Of a stretch of 57,122 bases of DNA, positions 24,985-38,908 are shown piece after piece (position 1 is the stretch's first letter; every line of letters begins with the position of its first letter). Both the position numbers and the translations under genes were made by a program. The notes beneath the pieces are model-generated. The model saw nothing but the letters and a program-made list of their open reading frames with translations, made no database searches and was not told the DNA's origin. The stretch lies in NCBI RefSeq assembly GCF_006345805.1, contig NW_021834516.1, forward strand, positions 1 to 57,122, written 5' to 3'. This stretch comes from Octopus sinensis (lineage: Eukaryota).

Positions 24985-25210
24985 GCGAGCTGGCTGAAAC
25001 GTTAGCACGTCGGGCGAAATGTTTAGCGGTATTTCGTCTGCCGTTACGTTGTGAGTTCAAATTCCGCCGAGGTCGACTTTACCTTTCATCCTTTCGGGGT
25101 CGATAAATTAAGTACCAGTTACGCACTGGGGGTCGATGTAATCGACTTATTACCTATGTCTGTTCTTGTTTGTCCCTTCTATGTTTAGCCCCTTGTGGGT
25201 AATAAAGAAA
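24985..25210 (+). mobile_element. SINE family C, full-length copy
   Basis: gcgagctggctgaaacgttagcacg...gaggtcgactttacctttcatcctttcggggtcgataaattaagtacc...gtttagccccttgtggg. Confidence 0.88.
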
Positions 25211-25229
25211 TGAGGGGGGGGAATTAACT

Positions 25230-25420
25230 TGCCCGGAGCTCTCGGGCAGATTCAGCGTGACGCGGAGTGTGAGAATCCTGACCCTTTCGAATTAGTGGCA
25301 CAGCTAAGTAGACAGCAGCAACGTGAACTACTGTTTTGCTCAAGGATACAATGCACCGCCTGGATTTGAACTCGTGACGTTACGATCGTGAGGGGAACAC
25401 TCTAACCACTAAGCCAAGCG
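25230..25420 (-). mobile_element. Diverged CORE-type SINE fragment
   Basis: gattcagcgtgacgcggagtgtga tail piece, CORE-like gttttgctcaaggatacaa, head ctaaccactaagcc. Confidence 0.6.
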
Positions 25421-25685
25421 GTGAGGAGTAGATTTTGGTACGGAGCGGAGACTTGCAAGGAGCTTGCTTCTGCAAGTGCTGTCAATCGAAAGCTCCGCAT
25501 ATGGGACGCTCGAATGGGTTCAGGGTTTATCAGTAGAGAATATGAACCGTTTCGGGGACTTCTTCGACGGTTTTTAACAGTGTACCAATCCTACTAGATC
25601 AACTAATTAGGTTAACTAATAAGAGAATATAATATTTCGAGTCAAATTGCCGGTACTTATAACTTGTATAGACACAGGTTGACCG

Positions 25686-26064
25686 TGGAGGCGCAATGGC
25701 CCAGTGGTTAGGGCAGCGGACTCGCGGTCATAGGATCGCGGTTTCGATTCCCAGACCGGGCGTTGTGAGTGTTTATTGAGCGAAAACACCTAAAGCTCCA
25801 CAAGGCTCCGGCAGGGGATGGTGGTGATCCCTGCTGTACTCTTTCACCACAACTTTCTCTCACTCTTACTTCCTGTTCCTGTTGTACCTGTATTTCAAAG
25901 GGCCGGCCTTGTCACTCTCTGTGTCACGCTGAATATCCCCGAGAACTACGTTAAGGGTACAAGTGTCTGTGGAGTGCTCAGCCACTTACACGTTAATTTC
26001 ACGAGCAGGCTGTTCCGTTGATTCGGATCAACCGGAACCCTCGTCGTCGTAACCGACGGAGTGC
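25686..26064 (+). mobile_element. tRNA-derived SINE family A, full-length young copy
   Basis: Head ggcgcaatggcccagtggttagggcagcggactcgcgg...ggtttcgattccc; near-identical to 6725-7093. Confidence 0.9.
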
Positions 26065-26375
26065 TAAAAGAGGATAGACACAGGTTAATATGGAGCTTCT
26101 GTTGTGTACTTGCTTCGGCAGTTCATATACTAAGAGGTGGAGATGTTGTTTAGCACCAGGTCTGTTAGCTCTCACCTAGTAGATCGATGATCAAAGAGGT
26201 TGCGGCAAATGAGAATACTCAAGGTCTAGGAATATCTTGGAAAATATAGTTTTGTGTATCAAGACGATTGGGTGTATGATTTGACGGATTTTGATGCTAT
26301 CTCTAGTAGATCAAGCTACTGCTTAGAGATTATTTTGAGGGTTTTTATACAGTATCCGATACAGCTCACTCACTG

Positions 26376-26419
<44 letters not shown>

Positions 26420-26539
26420 CGTCTGTTTGCCTACCAATCAATCAATCAATCAATCAATCTATCTATCTATATCTATCTATCTATCTACCTATCTATCTAT
26501 CTATCTATCTATCTGTCTATCTGTCTGTGTGTCTGTCTG

Positions 26540-26622
<83 letters not shown>

Positions 26623-27067
26623 GCCTAAACATGTATTAACAGATTTATATATACAAACATGGCCATGTTTATCAGTAGAAAGAATCCATCCCCGCCCCCA
26701 ATTAGCTGAGATTACTTCCATAAATGGATTAAACTGAAAACATTGCTAACGCGTGACAATCCGATAAAATTCGACACCTTCCGTCATTTTCTGTTTTATT
26801 GCTTTTATTTGATTGCTTGTTTCTCTTTTAGTGTCTTATTTCTTTTCATATAATATTCCTTTTCATTTTCTGTTTTCCTTCATATATGCATGCTTATATA
26901 TATACACACAAATACACACAGACACAGACACAGACACACATATATAATGTATATATATATATTATATATAATATATATGTGTGTACATATATGTATACAT
27001 ACATATACATGTATATATATACATAAAACATATAAGGTATATATATACATATATATATATATATAAT

Positions 27068-27141
<74 letters not shown>

Positions 27142-27367
27142 CATATACGTAAATACATACACATCACACACATATATATATGTATGCACATATATGTATA
27201 TATATATATATGCATATACATATATGTCAATAGCAGAAAAATGTTTATATGCATTTATGTACCTATGTACATATACATACATACAAATAAATGTAAATAT
27301 ATTTTATATCTGTTAGTGAAAGAAAAAATGGTTATGTTATATATATGGGTATGTTACACACACACAT

Positions 27368-27405
<38 letters not shown>

Positions 27406-27506
27406 GTATGTATGTATGTTTTTGTGTGCGTATATATATATATATACACGCACACGAAAGCATACATACATACATACATACATACATACATACATACATA
27501 CATACA

Positions 27507-27538
<32 letters not shown>

Positions 27539-28356
27539 CATACATACATACATACATACATACAAACATACATATGTAGATGCGTACTTACATATATCTT
27601 AACCATTTGTCTTCTGCTGACATATATATCATCTAATCAGATGAACGTGTTTTTCACCCAAAACAGTTTACATATAATAAAAATTTACTTGTTTGATGTA
27701 GAATTTTCTGATTTTCTCCGATTATACTTATACACTTCAACTTCAATATCAAGAATTTTTTTTTCAAAAGAATATTATCCTTTCCGTGTACAGTGACACT
27801 CTAAAACCATTTTAATAGACACTTAAAATAGATATCTCACGAAATGTTCTCTACATCCAAGTCCACCGTTATTTTTCAAAGTTTCGACTGATTGACTAAC
27901 TAATTTATTGGTAATTCAATTTACTTAACCTTCTAAATTTTCTGAATTTCATACACTTTCGCAGAAAGTAAAGTGAATCGTCAAATCAAAATGACAGTTC
28001 CATGTTATTACTAGTTTAACCCCAGGCAGATCTTCCGCTAGCTGGTTATCGGTGCAGCTCTGAACCATGTATATACATATATACCACTAGCAGGGCATGT
28101 AAACGCCTGCCATTCTCCAGTGGACAATAGTATCGCGAGGCCAAGTCAGTTTTGCGCTGGTTGGCTCAAATTTCAGTCGCAAGTACCCGGTCGCTAGAGC
28201 GATACCCAGGGTCCTCTCCAGCCAGCAATATATTGTAAACAAAACGGTCATCGGTCACTCATTTTTGCAACAGGCAAAATGAGATTTTACAGTTAGCTAT
28301 ATATATATATATCTTATAATTAGCTCTCTCTCTCCCCTCTCTCTTTCTTTCTTTCT

Positions 28357-28415
<59 letters not shown>

Positions 28416-28530
28416 ATATATATATATGTTGGAACTTAACTATGGTCTGTCTATAGCACTTATTCAGCATTACCTGACACCTTTGGGTCTCAATGACACC
28501 ATTATCTCTTATAACCTCAACTTCTTGCTA

Positions 28531-28568
<38 letters not shown>

Positions 28569-28577
28569 ATATGTATG

Positions 28578-28623
<46 letters not shown>

Positions 28624-28994
28624 ATATGTATGTATATATATATATATATATTGTTGGGTGGTCATTTTTTTGTCAAATAACCACACACACTCTAGCTGAT
28701 TCCTATAGTGGTATAAATAAATAGATAGACTGACTCACATCGTTATTCATTTAGTCTCTCTCTGAATTTTTGACATTTTCATGGGGAACATGGAGTCTAC
28801 ATGTTTTCAGTCACTCAAAAATTCCTCAAAATTAACTCCTCTTTCTTTACTAAATTATTAATGTTAGGAACTAAAAGCTGATTATTAAAATGCGGACAAT
28901 CCCAATTATAAAGTCATTTGCATAGTATATAACGTTGATGGCTTGATGATTATTAGAGTATCATTATTTAAAAATAATAATACTGGGTGTGGAG

Positions 28995-29110
28995 ACAGGT
29001 GCGTGGCTTAGTGGTTAGGGCGTGGTTAGGTTGTGGTTTCGATTCGTAGATGCGATGTATTGTTGAGCAAAATACTTAATTTCACGTTGTTCCAGTTCAC
29101 TTAACTGGAA
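28995..29110 (+). mobile_element. CORE-SINE 5' fragment
   Basis: gcgtggcttagtggttaggg...gtttcgattc...ttgagcaaaatacttaatttcacgttgttccagttcac. Confidence 0.6.
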
Positions 29111-30704
29111 CAATGATCGCTCAGGTTAAGTTTGCCTTTCATTCTTTCGAGATTGACAAGAAATAGGATTAATGGTATCGATAGATTGCCTTCCCTAAAA
29201 CAATTGCTGTTTTTGAGCCTAAATTAGAAGCCATTGACAACACACTGTGTGTTATGGATGAATAAATATACGGTTAGTTTACGGTTAGAACGTGTTCAAG
29301 ATTCTCCGAAGATGTGAATTCGGGTGTAGAACTGATGACCTTGTTCGGACACCGCGTTGGGATCGCTCTTAGTTTCCCATTACCATTACTTCTGCCGGTT
29401 CAGCACAATTAGATACTATTAAATTTTAGCTATCTTCATCTTCAGAATCATTGGTTCACTTTAGCCATGTTCAATCAGAAAGCCGTGGATAGATCCAATC
29501 TGGTTAATGTCTGACTTCGGCAGAGTAGCGGCTAATTTTAACTCACGTCAATGTAGATACCGTGAATCCCCTACATATTCAGAATGTGATGTATTCCCTA
29601 ACAAGACTGAAGATCACTTCATGTTGCATCTACCGTCTACTTTGTTACCGTGATGTAGGATGAGGCTGGGGAGAGTGTACTCATGAAAAAAAAGCCATGA
29701 AATTGACGAGAAATACGTCAACTGGATTTCGAACGTAAATGTGAAGATGCGAGAGAGAACATATGAAACAACAGCAAAAAAGAGTGCATTGAAATTTTCT
29801 ATATATTTCTCTATTAATATAGCTTTCACTACAAATGCTGTGCAATTGGAGCAGAGGCGGACTGGAGAGAGAGAGAGGAAGAGAGAGAGAGAGAAACAGA
29901 GAGAGAGAGAGAAACATAGAGGGAGAAAAAGTTATATATAGTGCTCTGTTATCAATTATTGCAGTTTTTTTCCCTTTCTGTTCTAGTTTTTGTTTTATGG
30001 TGAATGATAAAATGTTTCTGCAGTTTCTACTTATTGAAGCTGAGTAGTGAGATGACGTGAGGCTGTGTTACATGTTTGTCCAATGTAACTGTTTCAGAAG
30101 AGGAAGTTAACAAACGTTTATGCTTGTATATGCATTTGTAAATGACATTAGTCATCTGACATTTTATTCAATGGTTTTTGTAGTCTTCGTTGTTTGTTGT
30201 TGATAAGCAGATTTGTTGTCTTTTTTTTCTTAGAGTATTTGCCGTTTTTGTAATATATTATTAATGCTTAGGTTATGATTGACTATAATCTATGTTATGT
30301 TTCTGCGTTCTGTTTGATGACGATTTTGATACTGTTTTCATTTATTTTATAGCAATTTTGATAGTCAAATATTTTAGTAGATCAATTTATACGTATATAT
30401 ACACAGAAAAATATATTCAATACAATAAATGCTACAGACAAAAACAACCAATAATAACAACAAAAAAGCAACAAAACTATCAAACGATAACGATACATAG
30501 CTGTGTGGTTAAAACCACGTAGTCGTCTCGTAACTCTGTGGTTTTGCATTTGAGCTTAGTTCTCAGACAATAGAACAAATATTTAATTACACTGTGTAAG
30601 ACAATTTTAGCCTTTGGGTTTGCAACTGTTATTTCTTATTTGCTTATCCCTAAAACGTATGGAAAGTGGCAACTATTTCCTCCAGACTTTGCTTTTGTTA
30701 CATT

Positions 30705-30875
30705 TATTCAAACCCCAAAGAATCCCTCTTATGGCATGGCTATGATGCTCACCCACTACATCTGCTCTTGATCAGAGACGCACATATTGTCAGCTAGTAA
30801 GGGACATGTTCAAATAGTTATGGTCAAACAACCGGCAAGCAAAACTGTGGTATTGAACAGAATATTTGCTATAAC
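30705..30875 (-). mobile_element. Internal fragment of the ~550-bp TAA-embedded element
   Basis: ttattcaaaccccaaagaatccctc...ggtattgaacagaatatttgct matches the internal part of 10273-10828. Confidence 0.75.
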
Positions 30876-31405
30876 AATAGTTCTGCTTCAGCAACTCAGA
30901 ACTGAATCTGTCTGAAATGTAATGGAAAAATAGGCCAGTTTCAAAACATTGATGTCCAGATCACAAAAACGAAATTTGAAGACAATAGTAGTCATTTCCT
31001 TTGATTTCTAGATTGAAGCAAATACGAATTAATTTTTAATAACCGTAGACAAAAAGCAAATATTCTTACGGTGAATATTTGCTATAACGATATTTCTGCA
31101 TTAGCAACTCAGAGCTGAACCTGTCTGAAATGTAATGGAAAATAGATCAGTTTAAAAAAAAACTGATGTCCAGGTCAAAAAAGCAATGTTTGAAGTGAAT
31201 AGTTGGCATTTCTTTTGATTTCTAGATAGAAACGAATTGGAAATAACTCTTACAGACCAAAGACAAAATAAAAAGAAAATTGTTACACAGTGTTATCATA
31301 GCCAATTGGTTGATTTAAAGTTTAGAAAGACATTTCGAATGGGGAAACTGTAGATGCCAAAGAAATTATTCCTGTTTTGACTATTTTCCTCTCCGGTTTA
31401 ACACG

Positions 31406-31496
<91 letters not shown>

Positions 31497-31668
31497 CAAA
31501 ATTGGCAACAAGAATGTCTTCGGTAATTTGGTACGATCGTTTCACGATCTTACGAATATCTTACCGAAGATATTCTTGTTGCTTATTTTGATTATAATCA
31601 CCCCATGGATTTATATGGATAACACCATACACAATTCTGGTGCATCTAACTTAAGTACCATATTTATT

Positions 31669-31707
<39 letters not shown>

Positions 31708-31769
31708 CAAAAATGCTAGTTCTAAATTTTCTCTAAGAGATCAACGCAGTAGTTGTACTGACAAGTAAC

Positions 31770-32236
31770 ATTCGTAGCCACTTCAACATGGCTGTCCGTT
31801 CGAACGGACTCTTCTACAATTTTTTAACCCCAAGAGGACATATGTAGCTGGTTAACGATGCAGAGCTGTATCCGATAAACTGCAAGCAGTGGAGCGAACC
31901 CGTACCACCTTCTAACGACGGGACCAGTAGACCAGTCGTAATTTCGGGCAATTTCTGTCACTCTTCAGCGACTGTGTGTTGGCTTGGAGTATATATATAT
32001 ATTGCGAACAGAAGCGAGTTACTGTCATCTCTAGTAAGACGTGGTGTCGAGTACTGAAGAGTGGAAGAAATAGCCCGGGCCAGGACTGGTCTGTGGTCCC
32101 ACTGCTAGACGGTGGTAGGTGTTCGCTCCTCTGTTCGGAATATATCGGATGTAGCTCAGCATCGTTTACCTCTTGGAGTTAAAAAATCGCAGTAGAGTCC
32201 GTTCGAACGTACAGCCATGCTGAAGTGGCTACGAAT
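31770..32236. mobile_element. Old foldback (MITE-like) element with ~185-200-bp diverged inverted arms
   Basis: 31770-31968 aligns with the reverse complement of 32054-32236; (TA)n nearby on both sides. Confidence 0.75.
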
Positions 32237-32629
32237 ATTTTATGTATATGTATATATATATAATATAGTATATATATAATATATATATTATATATTACTT
32301 TATATAATTAGGGTTCAGCCAAAAAAATTGCTTTGCCACATATTTGAGCTATTTCTTCTACTATAAGAAGAATCTCCCAATGTATACTCAAAAACAATTC
32401 ACGTAGGTATAGAGGGAAAAATAACGAAAGTTCACCCGCTATTTGATTACTTGTGAACGCGTTTCTGGGTTAGTTAGATATAGAGATGCTAGAAATACAT
32501 CCCTATTCTAACGTTTCCGCCATCAGAACAAAGATTTCATTAAATATAAATTTAATTATTGGTATATATATATATTATATATATATATATACTTACATAT
32601 ACACAACAGGCCTCTTTAAAATTCCGTCC

Positions 32630-32757
32630 ACCAAATCTACTCACAAGACATTTGTAGCCCCGAGGCTGTATTAGAAGTGACTTGCGAAGGTGCTACGCAG
32701 TGGAACTGAACCTGTAACCACTTGAATTGGAAGCAAGCTTCTTACCACGCAACTAAC
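32630..32757 (-). mobile_element. SINE family B 5' fragment
   Basis: accaaatctactcacaagac...gacttgcgaaggtgctacgcagtggaactgaacc...aagcaagcttcttaccac. Confidence 0.7.
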
Positions 32758-32789
32758 GCATACACCTATATGTATTATGTATATATATA

Positions 32790-32828
<39 letters not shown>

Positions 32829-33215
32829 ACATATACATAGAAACATATATATGTTTCTATGTATGAGTGTGTGTGTGTGTGTGTGTGTGTTTGTATGTTT
32901 CTTACGTTAACTATATATTACTTATGGTGTAGATGATCAGACTGAAACTGCAGTAAAAACCTAACAACACCGGAAATCATAGCAAAAGTATTTTTCCTGT
33001 TCAGCAAATTAAGGATGTTAACATACTTTACGTTAAAAGCCCACGCGTATTCAATTAATCACAATCTATGATGAACGAGCACTTACGATTATTTAAGAGA
33101 TTACTATAACAATCGTTTAGAAATATCCAAAGAAAACAACCTGGAAATTTCGGTTAAATTTCAATAAATACTGTAAATAATTTAAAGTGAGTTTGATCAT
33201 CGACAGTCGGCGACA

Positions 33216-33258
33216 ATTCTGGACACATTTCGTTCTTATTATAACTCGTCAGCGAAAT
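33216..33258 (-). ncRNA. Minimal type I hammerhead-like motif
   Basis: Minus strand tttcg-CTGACGA-GTT-ataataag-AAC-GAAA-TGT-GTC-cagaa: canonical core and GUC triplet; stem I imperfect. Confidence 0.5.
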
Positions 33259-34417
33259 ATTATTCAACTGTGACTGTACATCATAAATGACTAGAGATGT
33301 ACGTAGAATGATTATGGGTTGAGCATTGAAAAATGTAACAGATTAAACCTTGAGTGTTTCTCAACCGGGCTCTATATGGCCTTTGAGGGTCCATATAAGA
33401 TTTTAGGGTGTCCATATAACAAAATAGTAAACCGGGAATCCACAATAGTATTTTAAGGGCCCTTGAAAAAATTTTTGCGTTGGATGTATGTATTGGTTTG
33501 TATTGCAAGAAGGAAACAGCTAGGTTTCTTTTTCCAACAATTTACATAATTCCATCTTCACAAGTTCGTGTGTGAAAAACAAGACAGGAATTTTGAAAGA
33601 AGTTTCTATAAAATTTTCAATAAAATTTCTATAAAATTTTCAAAAAATGATGTTCAGATCACAAAAGCAAAATTTGAAGTGAATAGTTGGCATTTCTTTT
33701 GATTTCTAGACAGAAGCAAATTGGAAATAACTCTTACAGACCAAAGACAAAATAAAAAGAAAATTGTTACACAGTGTTATCATAGCCAATGGGTTGTTAA
33801 CCATCGAATGGCAATGGGGGGTCCATCAGAATAAAATAGTAATCAAAGGGGTCCATAGATAAAAAAATGGCTGAGAACTCCTGGTTTAAAGGAATAAAAT
33901 TATCCTCGTAGGATGTTGCTTGGCAACGAGGAAAAATAAAGGTGTTTATATACTTGATGCGGCAGGGAAAGATATTCCTGGTAACAAGCTTAGAACCGGA
34001 CTGACGAGAGGAGATACGCCTTATCTTTAGTGATGAATTCCGCTCAGAAAGGGCAAGGAAGACAACCCTGGAATTAAAGTTAGACTCATTCTTACACGCA
34101 ATTGCATACGCACACACAAAACACACTCACTCACTCACATACATATACATATATGCTCACATGCGTACATACAAACCTATGTGAGCGTATATAGAAGTGA
34201 GCATGCAGATAAATACAGCTACTTATATCACATACACATAAGCTGTTCTTTTCACGACTACATGTGTGTCGATTTACATGTAGCTATCTGGATATCATTG
34301 AGAATACTGCGTATGTATAGAAATACAAACTTACATATATTGCACACGCACATGCACACACATAAGGACATTTATATACATACATACATACATAGAAAAC
34401 ATACATACATACATACA

Positions 34418-34479
<62 letters not shown>

Positions 34480-34989
34480 TATACACAATTATCTCTCTTT
34501 TTTTCCCTCTCTATACATACACAAATACAGACACACATATATGTATATATAACAACATACACACCACACACACACACACACCCACACACACATATATATA
34601 TATATATATACACGCACACATGTATACGGATAATAAGAGAACGGTAGGAGAAAATCAGGTGGAAATACTTTGATAGTAGCTACAACCAAATATGTATGTA
34701 TATATATATGCATATATATAATATATATATATATATAGATATATATATATATATATATATATATGCATATATATATATATGTGCATATATATATATATAT
34801 ATGTAATACATTATATATATATATATATATACTATATATATATATATAACATATATATATAATATATATATATATTATATATATATATATTAACATACAA
34901 CACATATATATTTATATATAATATATAGACATAATATGTGTGAGTGTGTGCATTATATATACATGCATATATATATATACATGATACTA

Positions 34990-35033
<44 letters not shown>

Positions 35034-35454
35034 ATGTATGTATGTATCCATAAACACACTAGTTACTATAATAAAGACCATATACATCATTTATGTCACG
35101 TTCAGCGGATGAAATGTTGATGAATGCCCAGGAATATATTCTACCAACTTCTTATCTCTCTTCCTATTAACAAATACACTCCTGCACAGATGCCAAAACG
35201 GCAATAAGAACGAAAACAAGAACAAAAAAAAAAAAAAAGAAACCAACATCCACAATAACATGAACAAGAACACCAACAACAACAACGACAGAGTCAAGAA
35301 CACCGATAAAGTAACAGCAAAGAATACAACGTAATTGTCCGCGAATAATCTGAAGTGCAACTATATCAGGTATGGTAATAATAAATAATAATAATAATAA
35401 TTAATAAAATAATAATAATAATAATGATAATAATAATAATAATAATAATAAATA

Positions 35455-35489
<35 letters not shown>

Positions 35490-35527
35490 AAGAATAATAA
35501 TAATAATGATAATAATAATAATGATAA

Positions 35528-35582
<55 letters not shown>

Positions 35583-35621
35583 TAATGATGATGACGATGA
35601 TGATGAGGATAATCCATTCTA

Positions 35622-35820
35622 TTATAGGCACAAGGCCTGAAAGTTTTTTGGGGAGGGGTGTAGTCGATTACATCGACCACAGAATTTCACTGGTACTTAA
35701 ATTATCGACCCCCCCAAAAGGATGAAAAGTAAAGTCGACCTGGGCGGATATTTGAACTCAGAACGTAGTGACAGGCGAAATACCGCTAAGCATTTCCTCC
35801 AGCCTGTTAACGACCTTTCC
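35622..35820 (-). mobile_element. SINE family C (ATT-tailed variant)
   Basis: attctattataggcacaaggcc...gtcgatttacatcgacc...aagtcgacctgggcgga...accgctaagcattt; AAT arrays on both sides. Confidence 0.75.
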
Positions 35821-35831
35821 TGCTTGCTGCC

Positions 35832-35864
<33 letters not shown>

Positions 35865-36059
35865 TAACTACCAGGTTAGCGTTGTTCAAAACAGTTGTGA
35901 CCCTTAATGCAGATTCTGCAATACATTTGACGAAACAATAGACCACCACGTCTCAGGATGTCCTGTCCTGAGACTATACGAATTCAAAAATCACCACAAG
36001 AGGGTAGGTCAGTAGTTATGTTGGAAGATAGGTAAACACTACAAAATCAACACTCTTGC

Positions 36060-36312
36060 ATACTAGTATATATATGTTTGTGTGTGTGTCTTTTTGTGTC
36101 TGTGTGTGTGCCTCGCCACCGCTTGACAAGTGGAGTTGGTGTGTTTACGCCCCCGTAACTTGGTGGTTCGGCAAAAGATCTCGATAGAATAAGTCCAGAC
36201 TTAAAAACAAAGTAAGTACTAGGGTCGATAAATACGACTAAAATAAAATCTTCAAGGTGGTGCCCCAGCATGGCCACAGTCTATTGACTGAAACAAGCAA
36301 ACGGATAAAAGA
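36060..36312 (+). mobile_element. SINE family B, 3' half
   Basis: ccaccgcttgacaa...ccccgtaacttggtggttcggcaaaag...ccccagcatggccacagtc...gactgaaacaag. Confidence 0.75.
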
Positions 36313-36521
36313 TACACATCTATCAGTTTAAAGCAGTTTATTTTCCTTTTTTTTTTATTTGTTCTCGGAATTGCTACGCATACAGTTAACACCCTGAAGG
36401 TGTTTTCTATACTGAAATGAATATAGCTATAAGATTATTAATATACGTCTTTGTCAAAGAACTTTTGCAAACTTTGACAACCCCAGGTAATTGGTGAGAT
36501 GATCTAACGTCTTGAAGTCTG

Positions 36522-36554
<33 letters not shown>

Positions 36555-36922
36555 ATATATATATTAATATATATATATATATATATACATATAAATATAT
36601 ATACATACATATATACATATATATATATATACATATATACATATATAATAAATCATATATATATATTATATATATATATATACATATATATGATATATAT
36701 ATATATACATATATATGATATATATACATATATATATATATATATTATATATATATATATACTATATATATATATAAGAAATAAAAAAGAAAAATAAAGG
36801 AAAAAATCCCCATCGGCGGGATTTCAAGACACGTCCGTACATACCAACACATAAATATGAGTGATGACGATGATGATGATGATACTGATGACTATGTTGA
36901 CGATGATGATGATGGTTAACGG

Positions 36923-36954
<32 letters not shown>

Positions 36955-37015
36955 TACTACTACTACTACGCCCTAACAACTGGGCCATTGCGCGTCCAAT
37001 AATAATCTCTTTCAC

Positions 37016-37243
37016 CTTTCTCTTTTACTTGTTTTAGTCATGTGACTGCGGCCATGCTGGAGCACCGTCTTTAGTCGAGCAAATCGACCTCAGGACTTAT
37101 TCATTGGAAGCCTAGTACTTATTCTATCAGTCTCTTTTGTCGAACCGCTAAGTTACGGGGACGTAAACACACCACCATCGGGGGACAAACATAGACACAC
37201 AAACACACACACACACACAGACACACACACATATATATATATC

Positions 37244-37283
<40 letters not shown>

Positions 37284-37445
37284 GATGGGCTTCTTTCAGT
37301 TTCCCTCTACCAAATCCACTCACAAGGCTTTGGTTGGCCCGAAGCTATAGTAGGAGACACTTGCCCAAGGTGCCACGCAGTGGGAATGAACCCGGAACCA
37401 TGTTGTTGGTGAGCAAGGTACTTACCACACAGCCAACCCTGCGAC
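37016..37445 (-). mobile_element. CORE-type SINE family B, full-length with internal (CA)/(TA) microsatellite
   Basis: Matches 55396-55790 end to end. Confidence 0.85.
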
Positions 37446-37794
37446 TAATAATAATAATGATGATAATAATAATAATAATAATAATAATGATAATAATAAT
37501 AATAATAATAATAATATTAGCGATAATAATAATAATATTCTAATAAAACCTATAGCTAAAAGAGGAATAACTAGTTGTGTAAATATTTATTACATAACTA
37601 AAATAGTGATGGTATAATTGCACATGCATACACGCATAACACACAGACGCATACAAACACGCGATACAAATACACACACACTTACGTAATGTGAGACAGA
37701 AAAAGACATGGATACGTACGTCACACGTACACATACACATACGCACACATATCAGCGCACTTCACACACCACACACACACTTAAGTGTATATAA

Positions 37795-37846
<52 letters not shown>

Positions 37847-38000
37847 TATATATATAATGTATAGTATACAAATATATAAACCTATATATATATTATAGAT
37901 AATATATAATAGGTATATATATATATATATATACATGTATATATAGATATATACATCTACATATATATATGTATACATATATATATGTATATATATATAT

Positions 38001-38182
38001 ATGCACGCATTTTTTTCTCCTTCTTCTTCTGTGTTTTTCTCTCTCTGTGTATCTTTCGTTGAAGAGCGTAGGCTCGAAACGTTAAGACTTGTTTTATTTA
38101 TATTTCCTGAGCGCCATCTAATACAATTGTTCGTTTGTTTTCCACTGCCTTCTTCTTTTGTTTATTTTCATAAAGCTTCCCG

Positions 38183-38183
<1 letters not shown>
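38001..38183 (+). mobile_element. Penelope-like terminal-repeat remnant with hammerhead-like motif (copy 2, core degenerate)
   Basis: Homologous to 4268-4468; tcttt-cgttga-a-GAGCgtagGCTC-GAAAC-GTT-aaga at 38052-38087; (TA)n on both sides. Confidence 0.7.
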
Positions 38184-38227
<44 letters not shown>

Positions 38228-38864
38228 CATATGATATGTTTTGCATATGGCCGTTCTTTTGTACAATTTTAATCCTGAAATATAGGATACACTTTCTATG
38301 TACGGCTGCCATCTTTAATGGACAAAAACAGAAAAAGAAGAAAAAACAACAAACAATCAGAACAAACAAAATACAAGAATAATAACAAAAAGAAAATAAG
38401 GCAACAACAACAAAATCAAAACAGCATTTACGTTTGTTTATCAAAATGGTGCTATAAAAGCCAAGATGGTTGCCGGATCTTAGACAGAATAAATATTAGC
38501 TGATTATAATGAAGAGAGGGAGTTGGGAAGACGTGTGGATTAAAAAGAAATTGCTCAAGTTATTGTTTAATAAGATTGAAATATATCGTTACTTATCTCG
38601 TTTCTAAGCACTGGAATCTGTCAAAGCCACCTACCGCTAAAACTAAGCAGTATTTATTCATAATAACTCCTTTTCTTCTCTCTCGTTTCGTTTTGGACTG
38701 TTCGATAATATATTCCATTACCGACACACGCATGCGCACACGTACATATACGCATAGAGAAAAGTATACATTCTAACACACTTACGTGCCTTGTCCTGAC
38801 ATTCCACCTATTTTATTTTCTTTATCATTTTTTCTGTGTTTATTTATTTATCCTCTCCAATGTC

Positions 38865-38908
<44 letters not shown>

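Noticed and set aside
25686-25760. tRNA-like sequence
   Set aside because: It is the head of a SINE: it continues into the SINE body and lacks a proper cloverleaf acceptor stem
29333-29370. CTGATGA hammerhead-like start
   Set aside because: No GAAA box and no stem I; the same applies to CTGATGA near 8778
35090-35185. Strong minus-strand polypyrimidine acceptor (…ggcatctgtgcag)
   Set aside because: No good donor or recognisable peptide downstream
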